Shown: one piece after another, positions 29,183 to 39,666 of the stretch
Layout: each line of letters opens with the position of its first letter
Numbering within the stretch: position 1 is the stretch's first letter
NCBI GenBank assembly: GCA_965277285.1
Contig: OZ255721.1
Location: 1,344,001-1,408,000, forward strand
Source: Abditibacteriaceae bacterium
GTDB taxonomy: Bacteria; Armatimonadota; Abditibacteriia; Abditibacteriales; Abditibacteriaceae
Direction of reading: 5' to 3'
DNA: 64,000 bases
Made by a program: the position numbers and the translations under genes
Notes under the pieces: generated by a model
What the model saw: only the letters and a program-made list of their open reading frames with translations
Told to the model about the DNA's origin: nothing
Database searches by the model: none

Positions 29183-29791
29183 TCAATCCGCAAGCCATTG
29201 CAAAAAGAGCGCAACCTTTTCCCGCTTTTCAGTTTGCGTTGGCGCTTCCCAAACGCTGCTGCGAATTGCAACGCCATGCGCGCCAGCTTCAAGGCACGCG
29301 CGAATCGTGCTTTTAGTGCCAATGCCACCAATCGCATAAACCGGAAGCGAAACCGCGCGCACCACAGCGCGCAATGCTCCAAGACCTTTAGCTGTCTCAT
29401 TTGGATGCGAAGAGGTCGGGAAAATCGAACCGAAAACCAGATAGTTTGCACCCGATTTTTGCGCTCGCTGCGCTGCTTCAACCGAATGCACGGACACGCC
29501 ATTGAGAAGCGTTTTCGAGTACTCGATTGACGCGGTTCGTTCTGGCCAATGAACGCCGTTTGCGCCGACATTTAGCGCGATTTTTGCTTCTGAATTGATG
29601 ATTAAACTGGCGCCAAACGTTTCGCACCATCGCTGCGACGTTTCCGCCAAAGATTGCAAATCTTGCGCGCTCAAATCTTTTTCGCGCAATTGAATCAAAC
29701 GCGCGCCACCTTCGAGCGCCGCTTGCAGCGATTCTTCAAACGTCGGCTTCATCAAGCGCCGTTCGGTGACGAGCATCAAACGAGAAAGCAT
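29183..29791 (-). CDS. thiE: Thiamine-phosphate synthase / TenI family
   Basis: IQLREK, GVH, SVHS, YAIGGI; in the thi operon. Confidence 0.8.
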   Translation of the reverse strand: MLSRLMLVTERRLMKPTFEESLQAALEGGARLIQLREKDLSAQDLQSLAETSQRWCETFGASLIINSEAKIALNVGANGVHWPERTASIEYSKTLLNGVSVHSVEAAQRAQKSGANYLVFGSIFPTSSHPNETAKGLGALRAVVRAVSLPVYAIGGIGTKSTIRACLEAGAHGVAIRSSVWEAPTQTEKREKVALFLQWLAD

Positions 29792-29868
29792 ATTGTAGGG
29801 GCTTGGCGCTGCCAAGCCCGAAACCATGACCTGAATCGAGTACTCGAAGTCGCCAAGCCCTTATGAAA

Positions 29869-30639
29869 TCAGCTTCCGACGACACCTTCAATTGGGCTGC
29901 TTGCCGTTGCATACAGTTTTTTGGGAATGCGTCCGGCTTCAAACGCCAAACGTCCGGCTTCAATCGCGTGACGCATCGCGCGCGCCATCTTTAACGGTTC
30001 GCGTGCGCCGTAAATCGCGGTTTGCATCAAGACCGCATCGGCGCCCAATTCCATCGCCAGCGCCGCATCCGAAGCCGTGCCAACGCCCGCATCAACGATG
30101 ACGGGAATCTTCGCCTGCTCGATAATAATCTGCAAATTGGTCGTGTTGCGAATGCCCAAACCCGAACCAATCGGCGCCGCCAAAGGCATCACCGCCGCGC
30201 AACCGATTTCTTCCAATTTGCGACAAACAACGGGATCGTCGATGCAATACGGCAAAACGATAAAGCCGTCTTTCACCAGCACGCGCGCCGCTTCAAGCAA
30301 ACCTTCGTTGTCGGGAAAAAGGGTTTTCTCGTCGCCGATGACTTCGAGTTTGACCCAGTTGGTTTCGAGAGCTTCGCGCGCCAGTTGCGCCGTCAAAATC
30401 GCGTCTTTGGCGTTGTAGCACAAAGCCGTGTTGGGCAACAACGTTTTACCTTTCAAAGAATCGAGCAAGCTTTCGCCCGCTTTTTCGCCTGTGGGAATGC
30501 GACGAATCGCCACCGTCACGATTTCGGCGCCGCTGGCCGCGATGCAATCGCGCATCAAGCCATATTCGACGCCTTTTCCCGTCCCGACCCACAAACGCGA
30601 TTCAAACTTTTGTCCGGCAATTGTTAAAGGATTCATCAT
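29869..30639 (-). CDS. thiG: Thiazole synthase
   Basis: [32 protein letters not shown]. Confidence 0.96.
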   Translation of the reverse strand: MMNPLTIAGQKFESRLWVGTGKGVEYGLMRDCIAASGAEIVTVAIRRIPTGEKAGESLLDSLKGKTLLPNTALCYNAKDAILTAQLAREALETNWVKLEVIGDEKTLFPDNEGLLEAARVLVKDGFIVLPYCIDDPVVCRKLEEIGCAAVMPLAAPIGSGLGIRNTTNLQIIIEQAKIPVIVDAGVGTASDAALAMELGADAVLMQTAIYGAREPLKMARAMRHAIEAGRLAFEAGRIPKKLYATASSPIEGVVGS

Positions 30640-30681
30640 TCCGTATTCCGTATTCATCATTTGTTTCATCCGCCTTGCGGC

Positions 30682-30879
30682 TTATCCGCCTTGCACAGCG
30701 CGAATAATTTCAATTTCGTCGTTTGCTTCAATTGTTGTCATCGAGTACTCGAACTTGCGCACGACCGCGCCATTGCGCGCCACCGCGATACCTTTTTCCG
30801 GCGCAAGAGTTTCGCGCAACAATTCTTCAATCGTTTGCGCTTGCGTTTCGGTCGCTTCACCGTTCAACGTGATTTTCAT
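30682..30879 (-). CDS. thiS: Sulfur carrier ThiS
   Basis: MKITLNG...AVQGG C-terminus. Confidence 0.93.
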   Translation of the reverse strand: MKITLNGEATETQAQTIEELLRETLAPEKGIAVARNGAVVRKFEYSMTTIEANDEIEIIRAVQGG

Positions 30880-32077
30880 GGTTTTGAATAGAGTTTTCGG
30901 TAGAGTTTTGAAAGCGCTCGATACTGAACTCTTTTGGTGGCTCAACACCATGAAGGATGCAATCAGTCATCAATTTGGCGGTGATTGGCGCCAGCAAAAT
31001 GCCATTGCGATAGTGGCCGGTTGCAACGTAGTAGTCGCTTAACAACGTGCCACCCAAAAGGGGCAAGCCGTCAACTGTTTTGGGGCGCAAACCAGCCCAT
31101 TGATCTATAACAGCGCAATCATCCAGTTCGGGAACAATTCGCCGCGCTGCACTAAACAATGTCGTTAAACCCCGCGGTGTGACTTGTTTGCGAAGACCTG
31201 TATTCTCCATTGTCGCACCGATCAATAAACGTCCATCACGACGCGGTACCAAATAGACATCAGAACCATAAACGATACGACTTAATTTTTTGTCATTTTT
31301 AACAACAGCCATTTGTCCGCAAATTGGCTTGACACGCGCCTGCCCAAACCAAGGCTCGCGCAAATAACTCCACGCTCCCGCACAAAGCAGCGTTTTATCG
31401 AAAGAGACAAATCGTTTGCCGATTCCAGCTCCCGCAATCTTAAAGAAAAACGGCAATGAGCTCTTGCGAAAATCCACTCCACGTAACGCCTCTTGAGAGA
31501 GAAGCGGAACTTCGTTTTCAAAAAAAACAACTCCCTCTCTTGCTGCTGCTTGCCTCAATGCCTCTATTAACTTACGATTTTCAACCTGCCCTTCTTGTGG
31601 CAGCCACGCTGAAGGAAAATCTCTGAAGTCCGGCGTGCTTTCAACGCTCAAACCCTGCTCTTTTTGCTGCGCGAAATTAGCAAGCGCCGTATCATCATCG
31701 CGCGTTTGAACATACAAAATGCCTGGCGTGCGCCAATCGTTGCGCTTGTGACCTTTGATCGAAAGTTCGATGTCGACGCCCGTCGCGTCGAACAATTCAT
31801 CCGCGAAAGCGGCATACAGGGCGCGGCTTTGCAGGCACAAATCGAACATTGCCTGACGTTTCGAGTACTCGATGCTGCCGCTCTCGGCTGGCGGATAATG
31901 CGCAGCTTCGCATTGCGCGGCCAGCATTCCGGCAGCCGCCCAAGACGCTTCGCGCCCGACTTCGCCGCGCTCGAAAACTGCCACGCGCGCGCCACTTTGC
32001 GCCAAACGCCACGCGCAACTCAAGCCGATCACGCCGCCGCCGATAATCCCGACATCGAAAACGTCTGCACTCATCAA
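30857..32077 (-). CDS. thiO: Glycine oxidase ThiO
   Basis: GGGVIG, ASWAAAGML, WAGLRP, GHYRNGILLAP. Confidence 0.9.
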   Translation of the reverse strand: MMSADVFDVGIIGGGVIGLSCAWRLAQSGARVAVFERGEVGREASWAAAGMLAAQCEAAHYPPAESGSIEYSKRQAMFDLCLQSRALYAAFADELFDATGVDIELSIKGHKRNDWRTPGILYVQTRDDDTALANFAQQKEQGLSVESTPDFRDFPSAWLPQEGQVENRKLIEALRQAAAREGVVFFENEVPLLSQEALRGVDFRKSSLPFFFKIAGAGIGKRFVSFDKTLLCAGAWSYLREPWFGQARVKPICGQMAVVKNDKKLSRIVYGSDVYLVPRRDGRLLIGATMENTGLRKQVTPRGLTTLFSAARRIVPELDDCAVIDQWAGLRPKTVDGLPLLGGTLLSDYYVATGHYRNGILLAPITAKLMTDCILHGVEPPKEFSIERFQNSTENSIQNHENHVER

Positions 32078-32171
32078 GGAAATTATAAGCGATTTGAAGA
32101 CGCGAAAAGTCTTTGATTTGAATCGCGCCTTCGCAAATCGACGGCGCTAAATCAAGAAACCAGAAATGCGG

Positions 32172-32200
32172 TTGAATACGCAACGAGAATGCGCTATAAT
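32172..32200 (+). promoter_or_regulatory. Promoter of tRNA-Cys
   Basis: TTGAAT-N17-TATAAT. Confidence 0.7.
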
Positions 32201-32250
32201 GCTCATCCGCTTTGGTGTTCAAACGCTTTGGCGTTCAAAGGCGAATGTTT

Positions 32251-32321
32251 GGCCCTGTGGCCGAGAGGTTAGGCAGCGGTCTGCAAAACCGTTTACATCG
32301 GTTCGATTCCGGTCGGGGCCT
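32251..32321 (+). tRNA. tRNA-Cys (GCA)
   Basis: Cloverleaf, loop CTGCAAA, GGTTCGATTCC. Confidence 0.93.
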
Positions 32322-32359
32322 TCAAACGTTGGATATTATGTTGTCTTTGCTGTTGTCTC

Positions 32360-32388
32360 TTGTCAAGAAAGCGTACTCGATTTATAAT
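32360..32388 (+). promoter_or_regulatory. Promoter of tRNA-Gln/Glu
   Basis: TTGTCA-N17-TATAAT; spacer contains GTACTCGA. Confidence 0.7.
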
Positions 32389-32423
32389 TGAGTACGCTTT
32401 TGAGAGTCCTCTTCGAGAGACCT

Positions 32424-32495
32424 TGGGGAATGGCCAAATGGTAAGGCTCCTGATTCTGGATCAGGTAATTCTAGGTTCGAGTCCTAGTTCCCCAG
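32424..32495 (+). tRNA. tRNA-Gln (CTG)
   Basis: TGGGGAA/TTCCCCA stem, loop TTCTGGA. Confidence 0.93.
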
Positions 32496-32575
32496 TTGAA
32501 TGAAGGCGGAAGGATGAAGGATGAAGCCGCACGATTTCATCTTTTATCCTTCCGCCTTCATCCTTTGTCAGAGCC

Positions 32576-32649
32576 GGCCCGTTCGTCTAGAGGCCTAGGA
32601 CATCAGATTCTCATTCTGAAGATCAGGGGTTCGAATCCCCTACGGGCTA
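32576..32649 (+). tRNA. tRNA-Glu (CTC)
   Basis: GGCCCGT/ACGGGCT stem, loop TTCTCAT, GGTTCGAATCC. Confidence 0.93.
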
Positions 32650-32668
32650 CTTTCACGTTGCACCCAAT

Positions 32669-32709
32669 AACGACCTGCCGAGTTGCATTCGGCAGGTCGT
32701 TCGTTTTTT
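32669..32709 (+). terminator. Rho-independent terminator after the tRNAs
   Basis: AACGACCTGCCGA...TCGGCAGGTCGTT followed by a T-run. Confidence 0.75.
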
Positions 32710-32780
32710 AGCAGACAGCAAAACGTCGTTCTTCTCCCAATTTCTTTCAAGACATTCGAGTACTCGATTATGGTGTTGGA

Positions 32781-33332
32781 TTATGGTGTTGGTTCGATAC
32801 GTTCCGGTCGAATCAACTTCCAGAAGCGTTGTGAATAGCGCGCGACAAGCGGGCGGAAGATGGTGAGAAGAAGCCATGTATTCCAAAACACGAGGGAAAA
32901 GACATCGTGCGCTTGCATTTCTGCCTGGTTTGATATTGGAATCAGAGTAAAACGCAAAAACAGCAGAATAGCGATTGCCGTTTCGGTAAAAATGGCAAAG
33001 AAGGCGAGCCAGATGACCTCGCCTTGCTCTTTTCTGAGAAAGCGCCGATGCCAGAACCCGAGCGCAATTAACAAGAGCCACAAAACTCCTTCGCCAATAA
33101 GGAGCGACCACAAACCGCCGGAATCATACGGTTTCTTCTGCCTTATCGCATGAAGATGCGCCCAGTAAAGCGTCGTCTCTGTCATCGTCCAGGTGCCCAG
33201 AGCAAGAAAGAAGGCACACAACATTCCAAGCAGGCTGATGGAAAGCACCGCGCGTTCACGCCAGCGCCACGTTAGGCCGTGAACCATCCACGCACCCACG
33301 TTACCCAGAATCGCTGCCAAGAGAATCGTCAT
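32781..33332 (-). CDS. Hypothetical membrane protein (paralog 1)
   Basis: Multi-TM; C-terminus FRPLVARYSQRFWKLIRPERIEPTP. Confidence 0.7.
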   Translation of the reverse strand: MTILLAAILGNVGAWMVHGLTWRWRERAVLSISLLGMLCAFFLALGTWTMTETTLYWAHLHAIRQKKPYDSGGLWSLLIGEGVLWLLLIALGFWHRRFLRKEQGEVIWLAFFAIFTETAIAILLFLRFTLIPISNQAEMQAHDVFSLVFWNTWLLLTIFRPLVARYSQRFWKLIRPERIEPTP

Positions 33333-33355
33333 AAAAGGTTCATCCGAGTACTCGA

Positions 33356-33856
33356 TTATGGTGCGGGTTCAATGTGTTCCGGTCGAATCAAATGCCAGAA
33401 GCGTTGTGAGTAACGGACGACGAGCGGGCGAAAAATGGCAAGTAGCAGAAGTGTGAGGGAAAAGGTCAGAAGGTAAGCATTTATAGGTGAATCGAATGCA
33501 ACAGAGGAAGTAAACGCGCAACAAAGTCCGATAAATGCTACTACGAAAGATAAAAGAATCTCGGCGACAAACGCCCAAACAGCGAAGATGCCTGGATCTT
33601 TTTCGCCCGCTATCCATCGGGATTGCAGACATCCTATTGAAACGATGCCAATCCAAAGAAGCGCCGCGCAGCACCATACATAAAAATGGAAGAAGTCGCT
33701 AAGCACACCCACTAGAGTGAGAAACGCCAGCGGCACGCTGCACAATCCTCCGAATACGCCGATCCATTTCAAACCATGTTGACGCAGCCACCATGTCACC
33801 AAGTGAACGCACCACGCCAACACGTTGCCCAACATCACTCCCAGAAAAATTGCCAT
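33356..33856 (-). CDS. Hypothetical membrane protein (paralog 2)
   Basis: Multi-TM; C-terminus FRPLVVRYSQRFWHLIRPEHIEPAP. Confidence 0.7.
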   Translation of the reverse strand: MAIFLGVMLGNVLAWCVHLVTWWLRQHGLKWIGVFGGLCSVPLAFLTLVGVLSDFFHFYVWCCAALLWIGIVSIGCLQSRWIAGEKDPGIFAVWAFVAEILLSFVVAFIGLCCAFTSSVAFDSPINAYLLTFSLTLLLLAIFRPLVVRYSQRFWHLIRPEHIEPAP

Positions 33857-33934
33857 GTCAATATAAAAACGAGTACTCGAAAGCCCATCGAGTACTCGTT
33901 TCATCCTTCATCTTTCCGCCTTCATCCTTGCCGT

Positions 33935-35329
33935 TTAGCCGCCACCGCCGCCACTTCCTTTAATGCCGCCTTCGGTCATGCTGCGTGCGTTCAAAAGTTC
34001 GGTCAATTGGGCTTCGCTGAGGTCGGTGTTTTCCAGCGCGACATCTTTCAAGGTGCGCTTCTCTTTGTACGCCTGTTTCGCAATGGCGGCGCCTTTTTCG
34101 TAGCCGATAACAGGATTCAAAACTGTCACCATGATCGGGTTTTTGTCCACCAAATCGGACAGCGCGGCTTGGTTGACCGTAAAACCGCTGATCGCTTTGT
34201 CGGCCAGGACGCGCGTCACGTTGCCCAGCAGCGTGATGCTTTGCAGAAGATTCATCGCAATGACGGGCAGCATCACGTTCAACTGGAAGTTGCCGCTGGC
34301 GTTGCTCATCGAAATCGTCACGTCGTTGCCGATGACTTGCGCGCACACCATCATCGTCGCTTCGGGAATCACAGGATTGATTTTGCCCGGCATAATCGAA
34401 GAACCTGGCTGCAAACTGGGCAAGACGATTTCGCCCAATCCAGCTTGCGGGCCACTGTTCATCCAGCGCAAATCGTTGGCGATTTTGAATAATCCCGAAG
34501 CCAGAGTTTTCAATTGTCCCGACACTTCGACGGCGGTGTCCATCGCGCTTTGCGCCGCGAAATGGTTGCGCGTTTCGATGAAGGGGACGTGCGTTAATTG
34601 TCCCAGATGTGAGGCCAGCAAGCGCCCAAATTGCGGGTGCGCGTTGATGCCGGTTCCGACCGCTGTGCCGCCGGTTGCCAGTTCCAAAAGTCGCGGCATC
34701 GAGTTGAGAAAACGCTCAATCGAGTACTCGATCTGCGCCGCCCAGCCGCCGATTTCCTGTCCCAGACGAATTGGCATCGCGTCCATCAAATGCGTGCGTC
34801 CGGTTTTTACAACGTCGTCGGTTTGTGCCGAACGCTGGCGCAAAACCGTCAATAAATGGCGCAAGGCGGGCAGCAAATTGTCGTGGATTTCAATTGCGGC
34901 GGCGACGTGAATCGCAGCCGGAATCACGTCGTTGCTCGATTGTCCGCTATTCACGTCATCGTTGGGATGAACTTGCAGGCCGCCCTGCGACGCCAAATTT
35001 GCGATCACTTCGTTGGCGTTCATGTTGGTCGAAGTGCCGCTGCCAGTCTGGAACACGTCAATGGGAAATTGGTTGCTGTGCGCGCCGCTGGCGACTTCTT
35101 TGGCGGCTTTGACAATGGCGTCGGCTTTGTCTTGCGGCAGCAAACCCAGTTCGGTGTTCGCTTGCGCGGCGGCGGCTTTGATAAGAGCCAGAGCGCGAAT
35201 AAAGCTATGCGGAAAGGTGATGCCGGAAATCGGGAAGTTTTCGACCGCGCGTTGTGTTTGCGCGGCGTAAAGTGCGTCTTCGGGGACTTGCATTTCGCCC
35301 ATCGAATCGCGTTCGGTGCGTGTGTTCAT
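33935..35329 (-). CDS. fumC: Class II fumarate hydratase
   Basis: QTGSGTSTNMN, GRTHLMDA, GSSIMPGKINP. Confidence 0.96.
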   Translation of the reverse strand: MNTRTERDSMGEMQVPEDALYAAQTQRAVENFPISGITFPHSFIRALALIKAAAAQANTELGLLPQDKADAIVKAAKEVASGAHSNQFPIDVFQTGSGTSTNMNANEVIANLASQGGLQVHPNDDVNSGQSSNDVIPAAIHVAAAIEIHDNLLPALRHLLTVLRQRSAQTDDVVKTGRTHLMDAMPIRLGQEIGGWAAQIEYSIERFLNSMPRLLELATGGTAVGTGINAHPQFGRLLASHLGQLTHVPFIETRNHFAAQSAMDTAVEVSGQLKTLASGLFKIANDLRWMNSGPQAGLGEIVLPSLQPGSSIMPGKINPVIPEATMMVCAQVIGNDVTISMSNASGNFQLNVMLPVIAMNLLQSITLLGNVTRVLADKAISGFTVNQAALSDLVDKNPIMVTVLNPVIGYEKGAAIAKQAYKEKRTLKDVALENTDLSEAQLTELLNARSMTEGGIKGSGGGGG

Positions 35330-36984
35330 AATTGCTTGTTCTCCTGATGAGGTTTCTTCTTACGACGAAAACGGGAAGTCAAGGCGTCGAGTTCGGGCAA
35401 GTGAAACAGCGACGCGACAAGAATAAAGATTCCAAGCGCGACAGTGGAACCTGAAACGATGGCGAAAACATCCGCCGTTTTGCCGATTGTTGCGGCGCGC
35501 GTAAATACGGCGACAACCGCGCTCGAAGCCGCAAACGCCGCAAACGCCGCCGCGCCGCCGCAAACGAGTACTCGAATCGTCGCGCCGTTGTCCCAGCCGC
35601 CCCAGGTTTGGCGCAGTGCGCGTGCCATCAAAACCGACAGCAGCGAAGTCGCAATTGCCGCGCACAACGCCAAACTCCAGGCGGCGGGCGCAAGGTTCAG
35701 CGACGCGAAGGCCAGCGCGCAAAATACCAGAACAGACACGATCCCCGCGATAATCGGCGGACGCGTTTGTCCCATCGCGTAAAAGCCGCGCGCCAGCAAT
35801 TGTTGCGCGCCCAGCCCGACGATGCACAACGCGTAGCACGCCAGAACCGGCGCGGTGTGCGCAGTCGCTCGCGCATCGAACGCGCCGTGCTGCAACAGCA
35901 AGCCGATAACTGGCACGCGCAACGAGGCCAGAAGCGCGGTCGCCAGCAACGTCATCAGCAACGAGCGGCGCAATGTCGAAGTCAATTGCGATTGCATTTC
36001 CGTACGGTTGCCCTGCGATGCCAGAAGGGAAAGCGTCGGATAAAGCGCGATGGCCGGGCCGGACGCCAGCAAGTCGAGCGGCACTTGCATCAAGCGATTG
36101 GCGTAACCGAGGGTTGGTAGTTCGCCGTTTGGCAAATACAACGCGAAAAAACGCGCCAGATTCAGGGCGATGATTTGTCCACTGGCCAGGCCGAAAACAA
36201 TCGGCAGCAACGAAACGAGTACGCGACGCACGCCCGCATCGTTCAAATCCCACAAAGGCCGCAAACTCAAGCCGTTGCGCACCACAGCGGGCGCCTGAAT
36301 CAACAGCGAACCGACAATCGCACCGACGAGCGCGCCCCACGCCTGACTTTCAATGCCCATGCCCAGAAAATGCGGCAAAGCGATACCGAAAACGATGATG
36401 CCCAGATTGAAAACGACTGGCTGCAACGCGGGATACCAAAAGCGGCGCAAAGCGTTCAGCGTTCCCGTGAAAAGCCCGCCCAGCACAAAGAAGAACTGCG
36501 CCACCAACAAAATGCGCAATAAGTGCGAAAAGAACTGCATATAATGCGCGTCGCCGCGGAACTTGACGGGCGCCAGAAATTGTCCCCACGGCGTGTAAGT
36601 CAGCGCGAACAAAACGAGCGTAATCAATCCGAAAGCGCAACCCAACAGCGTCCACATGGCGCGGAAAGTGCGTTGTGCTTCGGCTTGTCGTCCTTGCGAA
36701 ATGAGTTCGGTAAAAACCGGCACGAAACCGGTCGCAAGCGCGCCGCCCGCGATTAAGATGGTGATCGTATCGGGAATATTGAAAGCGGCTTCAAAGGCGG
36801 CAGCTTGCATGTTGGTTCCATACAAGTGCGAAACCAGAATCATGCGCCCGAAACCCGTCAGGCGCGATAAGGCGATCATCAGCGCCATCACCAGCGAAGC
36901 GCGCCCGACCGTCATGCTTTGCGAGATTTCAATGGTGCGCGCAGTTTGTGTCGAATCGCTTTGCGAAGAAGAAGTTGTCGTCAT
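35326..36984 (-). CDS. murJ: Lipid II flippase MurJ
   Basis: SRLTGFGR, AFNIPD, FVPVF, YANRLMQVP. Confidence 0.9.
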   Translation of the reverse strand: MTTTSSSQSDSTQTARTIEISQSMTVGRASLVMALMIALSRLTGFGRMILVSHLYGTNMQAAAFEAAFNIPDTITILIAGGALATGFVPVFTELISQGRQAEAQRTFRAMWTLLGCAFGLITLVLFALTYTPWGQFLAPVKFRGDAHYMQFFSHLLRILLVAQFFFVLGGLFTGTLNALRRFWYPALQPVVFNLGIIVFGIALPHFLGMGIESQAWGALVGAIVGSLLIQAPAVVRNGLSLRPLWDLNDAGVRRVLVSLLPIVFGLASGQIIALNLARFFALYLPNGELPTLGYANRLMQVPLDLLASGPAIALYPTLSLLASQGNRTEMQSQLTSTLRRSLLMTLLATALLASLRVPVIGLLLQHGAFDARATAHTAPVLACYALCIVGLGAQQLLARGFYAMGQTRPPIIAGIVSVLVFCALAFASLNLAPAAWSLALCAAIATSLLSVLMARALRQTWGGWDNGATIRVLVCGGAAAFAAFAASSAVVAVFTRAATIGKTADVFAIVSGSTVALGIFILVASLFHLPELDALTSRFRRKKKPHQENKQL

Positions 36985-37149
36985 AAAGAATGTTCTCTTC
37001 GATTGTACTAAAGGCGCGGCAGTTGAGAATCCTTTATCGAGTACTCGAACGAGGTAACAAGTATCGAAAAGTACTGCGCAAATAAGCCTGCGGGACGTCA
37101 TTCTCTATTCACTGGCGCAGATTCCTTAATCTGGTAGTAGAATCAGCCT

Positions 37150-38256
37150 ATGAGCAACTTCTCCATTCAAGCCCTTTCTCCGCGTGATGCGCTGCATTTG
37201 CCTGGGTTTCTGTCGTTGGCGGCACAGGAACAAAGCGCCGAAATTGCGCTGCAAAACCCTGATCTGGCACGTTATGTCAGTGACTGGGGTCGCCCCGGCG
37301 ATTGTGGCGTTGCCGCTTTGAGCGATGATGGCCAACTTATCGGCATAGCTTGGGCGCGGCTTTGGAGCGGCGAGGATCGTGGCTTTGGATTTGTGGATGA
37401 ACTCACGCCGGAAATGTCAATCGCCGTATTGGAGAGTGTTCGAGGGGAGGTTATCGGCACGTCTTTAATCGAAGCTCTCAAATGCCGGTTACGCGCGTTA
37501 AGATTGGCAGCACGTTGGGACGCGCGGCATCAAAAAATGGTGCCGGTTCACCAACCAGTCGAGGTTTACCAACCGGAAATGGAAATCTCGCCCTCGTTTG
37601 TTTCGCTCAGCGTCCGCAACGATTCGCTCGCGCCTGCGCTTTATGCACGGTGCGGTTTTGAACCTGTGGCAGGCAGCGAACAAATAAATCGCGCTGGCGG
37701 CATTTCGCAAACCTGGTGCGCACCTTTGAACGAAGACGGAGATTGGCGCAGCGGCACAATGGATCGCTCGGTCAATACGAACTGGGCAGGCGCGCCAGAC
37801 GACTTTGTCAGCATTGATTTTTACTACAACCTGCGGTTCTCTCTGTTCGATGAGAACGACTGGAAACTCTTCCACGAATTGATGCGTTCGCTTCCAGGCC
37901 GCGAAGCTGCTGTCGAAGAGGGAACGCAGGGGGACTTTGATGAACAGACATTCTGGGCTTACTTCGGTCCCGAACCTGTCAAAGCGGCAGTCCACTGGAG
38001 CCATCTGGGAGCTTACATCGAAGATGATTTGCACGTGATGGGCGATCTTAAGTGGGAAGAATGGTGTGCCTGGGAGAACGCTTGGAGCGGGCCTGCGCGC
38101 AGCCTGCCGCATGGCTTAAAACAGGACGAATCACCAGAATTGCGAGAGCTACGCGCAGCATTGAAAATGACAGAACAAGCACTGGTTCGAGACCGCGAAG
38201 AAAACTGCAAGATGCGTCTGCGCTTGCGCCAGTTGGAAGAAACGTCTTTCAGCTGA
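37150..38256 (+). CDS. GNAT acetyltransferase fused to an unknown C-terminal domain
   Basis: GFGFVDELTPEMSIAV...RGEVIGT, SLSV...ALYARCGF. Confidence 0.65.
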   Translation: MSNFSIQALSPRDALHLPGFLSLAAQEQSAEIALQNPDLARYVSDWGRPGDCGVAALSDDGQLIGIAWARLWSGEDRGFGFVDELTPEMSIAVLESVRGEVIGTSLIEALKCRLRALRLAARWDARHQKMVPVHQPVEVYQPEMEISPSFVSLSVRNDSLAPALYARCGFEPVAGSEQINRAGGISQTWCAPLNEDGDWRSGTMDRSVNTNWAGAPDDFVSIDFYYNLRFSLFDENDWKLFHELMRSLPGREAAVEEGTQGDFDEQTFWAYFGPEPVKAAVHWSHLGAYIEDDLHVMGDLKWEEWCAWENAWSGPARSLPHGLKQDESPELRELRAALKMTEQALVRDREENCKMRLRLRQLEETSFS

Positions 38257-38510
38257 TTCCCTAAGCCTTTCAAGATGATGAACGAACCTTGCACGATCAA
38301 TCAAATAAAACCGTCGAGTACTCGATAAGATGGCTTTTACACTTGCTCTGCTGCGGTCTATATCATAGTGTGTGTTTTGAACGCCAGCTTTGTACCAGAT
38401 ACACTTTCGCGCTGCGCGACGGCAGCTAAGTTGCTTGCAGGTCTACGAAAGAGCGCGTTCAATTGCGCCACCGCGTATCACCATTTGGTCGATCAGGAGA
38501 GAGGTTTTCG

Positions 38511-39596
38511 ATGGACAAGAAAAAAATTCGCGTCGCCATTGTGGGCGTTGGCAATTGCGCGTCCGCTTTAATACAAGGCGTCGAATTCTACAAAGAGGCC
38601 GACGAGAACGATTTCGTGCCCGGCCTGATGCACGTCAATCTGGGCGGCTACCATGTGCGTGACATCGAATTTGTGGCGGCCTTCGATGTCAACGTTCTCA
38701 AAGTCGGGCAATGCCTGAGCAAAGCGATTTTCGCCAAGCCTAACAACACTTTCAAGTTTTCTGATGTGCCGTGCAACGGCGTCGTCGTGCAGCGTGGCCA
38801 AACGCTCGACGGACTGGGCAAATATCTCAAAGAAGTGATTGCAGAGTCGACAGATGAAAGCGTTGATGTCGCGCAAGCCTTGAAAGACGCAGGCGCCGAA
38901 GTCCTGATTTCCTATTTGCCCGTCGGCAGCGAAGACGCAACCAGATATTACGCCGAACAAGCTCTTGAAGCGGGTTGTGGGTTTATCAATTGCGTGCCCA
39001 GTTTCATCGCGTCTAAAGCGGAATGGGCGAAACGTTTTGAAGAACGTGGCTTGCCAATCATCGGCGACGACATCAAATCGCAAGTCGGCGCGACGATCAC
39101 ACATCGAGTACTCACAAACCTGTTCCGCGAGCGCGGCGTGCGCTTGGACAGAACGTATCAGTTGAACTTTGGCGGCAATACCGATTTTCAGAATATGCTG
39201 GAGCGCGAGCGTTTGGAATCGAAGAAGATTTCCAAGACCAACGCCGTGACGAGCCAGTTGGATTATGAAATTTCTAATGACAACGCGCACGTCGGGCCGA
39301 GCGATTACGTGCCGTGGCTCGAAGACCGCAAGTTCTGCTACATCCGCATGGAAGGCACGACGTTCGGCAACGTGCCGCTTTCTTGCGAACTGAAACTCGA
39401 AGTGTGGGATTCGCCCAACTCCGCCGGTGTCGTGATCGACGCCGTGCGCTGCATCAAACTCGCGCTGGATCGCAAAATTGGCGGCGCTTTAACCAGCGCG
39501 TCCAGTTATCTGATGAAAACGCCGCCGCAACAATTCAAAGACAGCGAAGCGCACGAAAAAGTCGAAGCGTTCATTCGCGGCGAAGAAGCACGCTAA
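38511..39596 (+). CDS. ino1: myo-Inositol-1-phosphate synthase
   Basis: [34 protein letters not shown]. Confidence 0.95.
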   Translation: MDKKKIRVAIVGVGNCASALIQGVEFYKEADENDFVPGLMHVNLGGYHVRDIEFVAAFDVNVLKVGQCLSKAIFAKPNNTFKFSDVPCNGVVVQRGQTLDGLGKYLKEVIAESTDESVDVAQALKDAGAEVLISYLPVGSEDATRYYAEQALEAGCGFINCVPSFIASKAEWAKRFEERGLPIIGDDIKSQVGATITHRVLTNLFRERGVRLDRTYQLNFGGNTDFQNMLERERLESKKISKTNAVTSQLDYEISNDNAHVGPSDYVPWLEDRKFCYIRMEGTTFGNVPLSCELKLEVWDSPNSAGVVIDAVRCIKLALDRKIGGALTSASSYLMKTPPQQFKDSEAHEKVEAFIRGEEAR

Positions 39597-39666
39597 TTGA
39601 GAGTATCGAGTACTCGAAATCGGACATGGCAAACCATTTCTCTACGAAAAAGCATAAAGGAAACTG

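Noticed and set aside
31020..31640. Apparently AT-richer middle of thiO as a mosaic segment
   Set aside because: Impression by eye only; ORF intact and no boundaries identifiable
32078..32250. TPP riboswitch upstream of thiOSGE
   Set aside because: No CTGAGA or ACCTGA core visible; the region holds the divergent tRNA promoter
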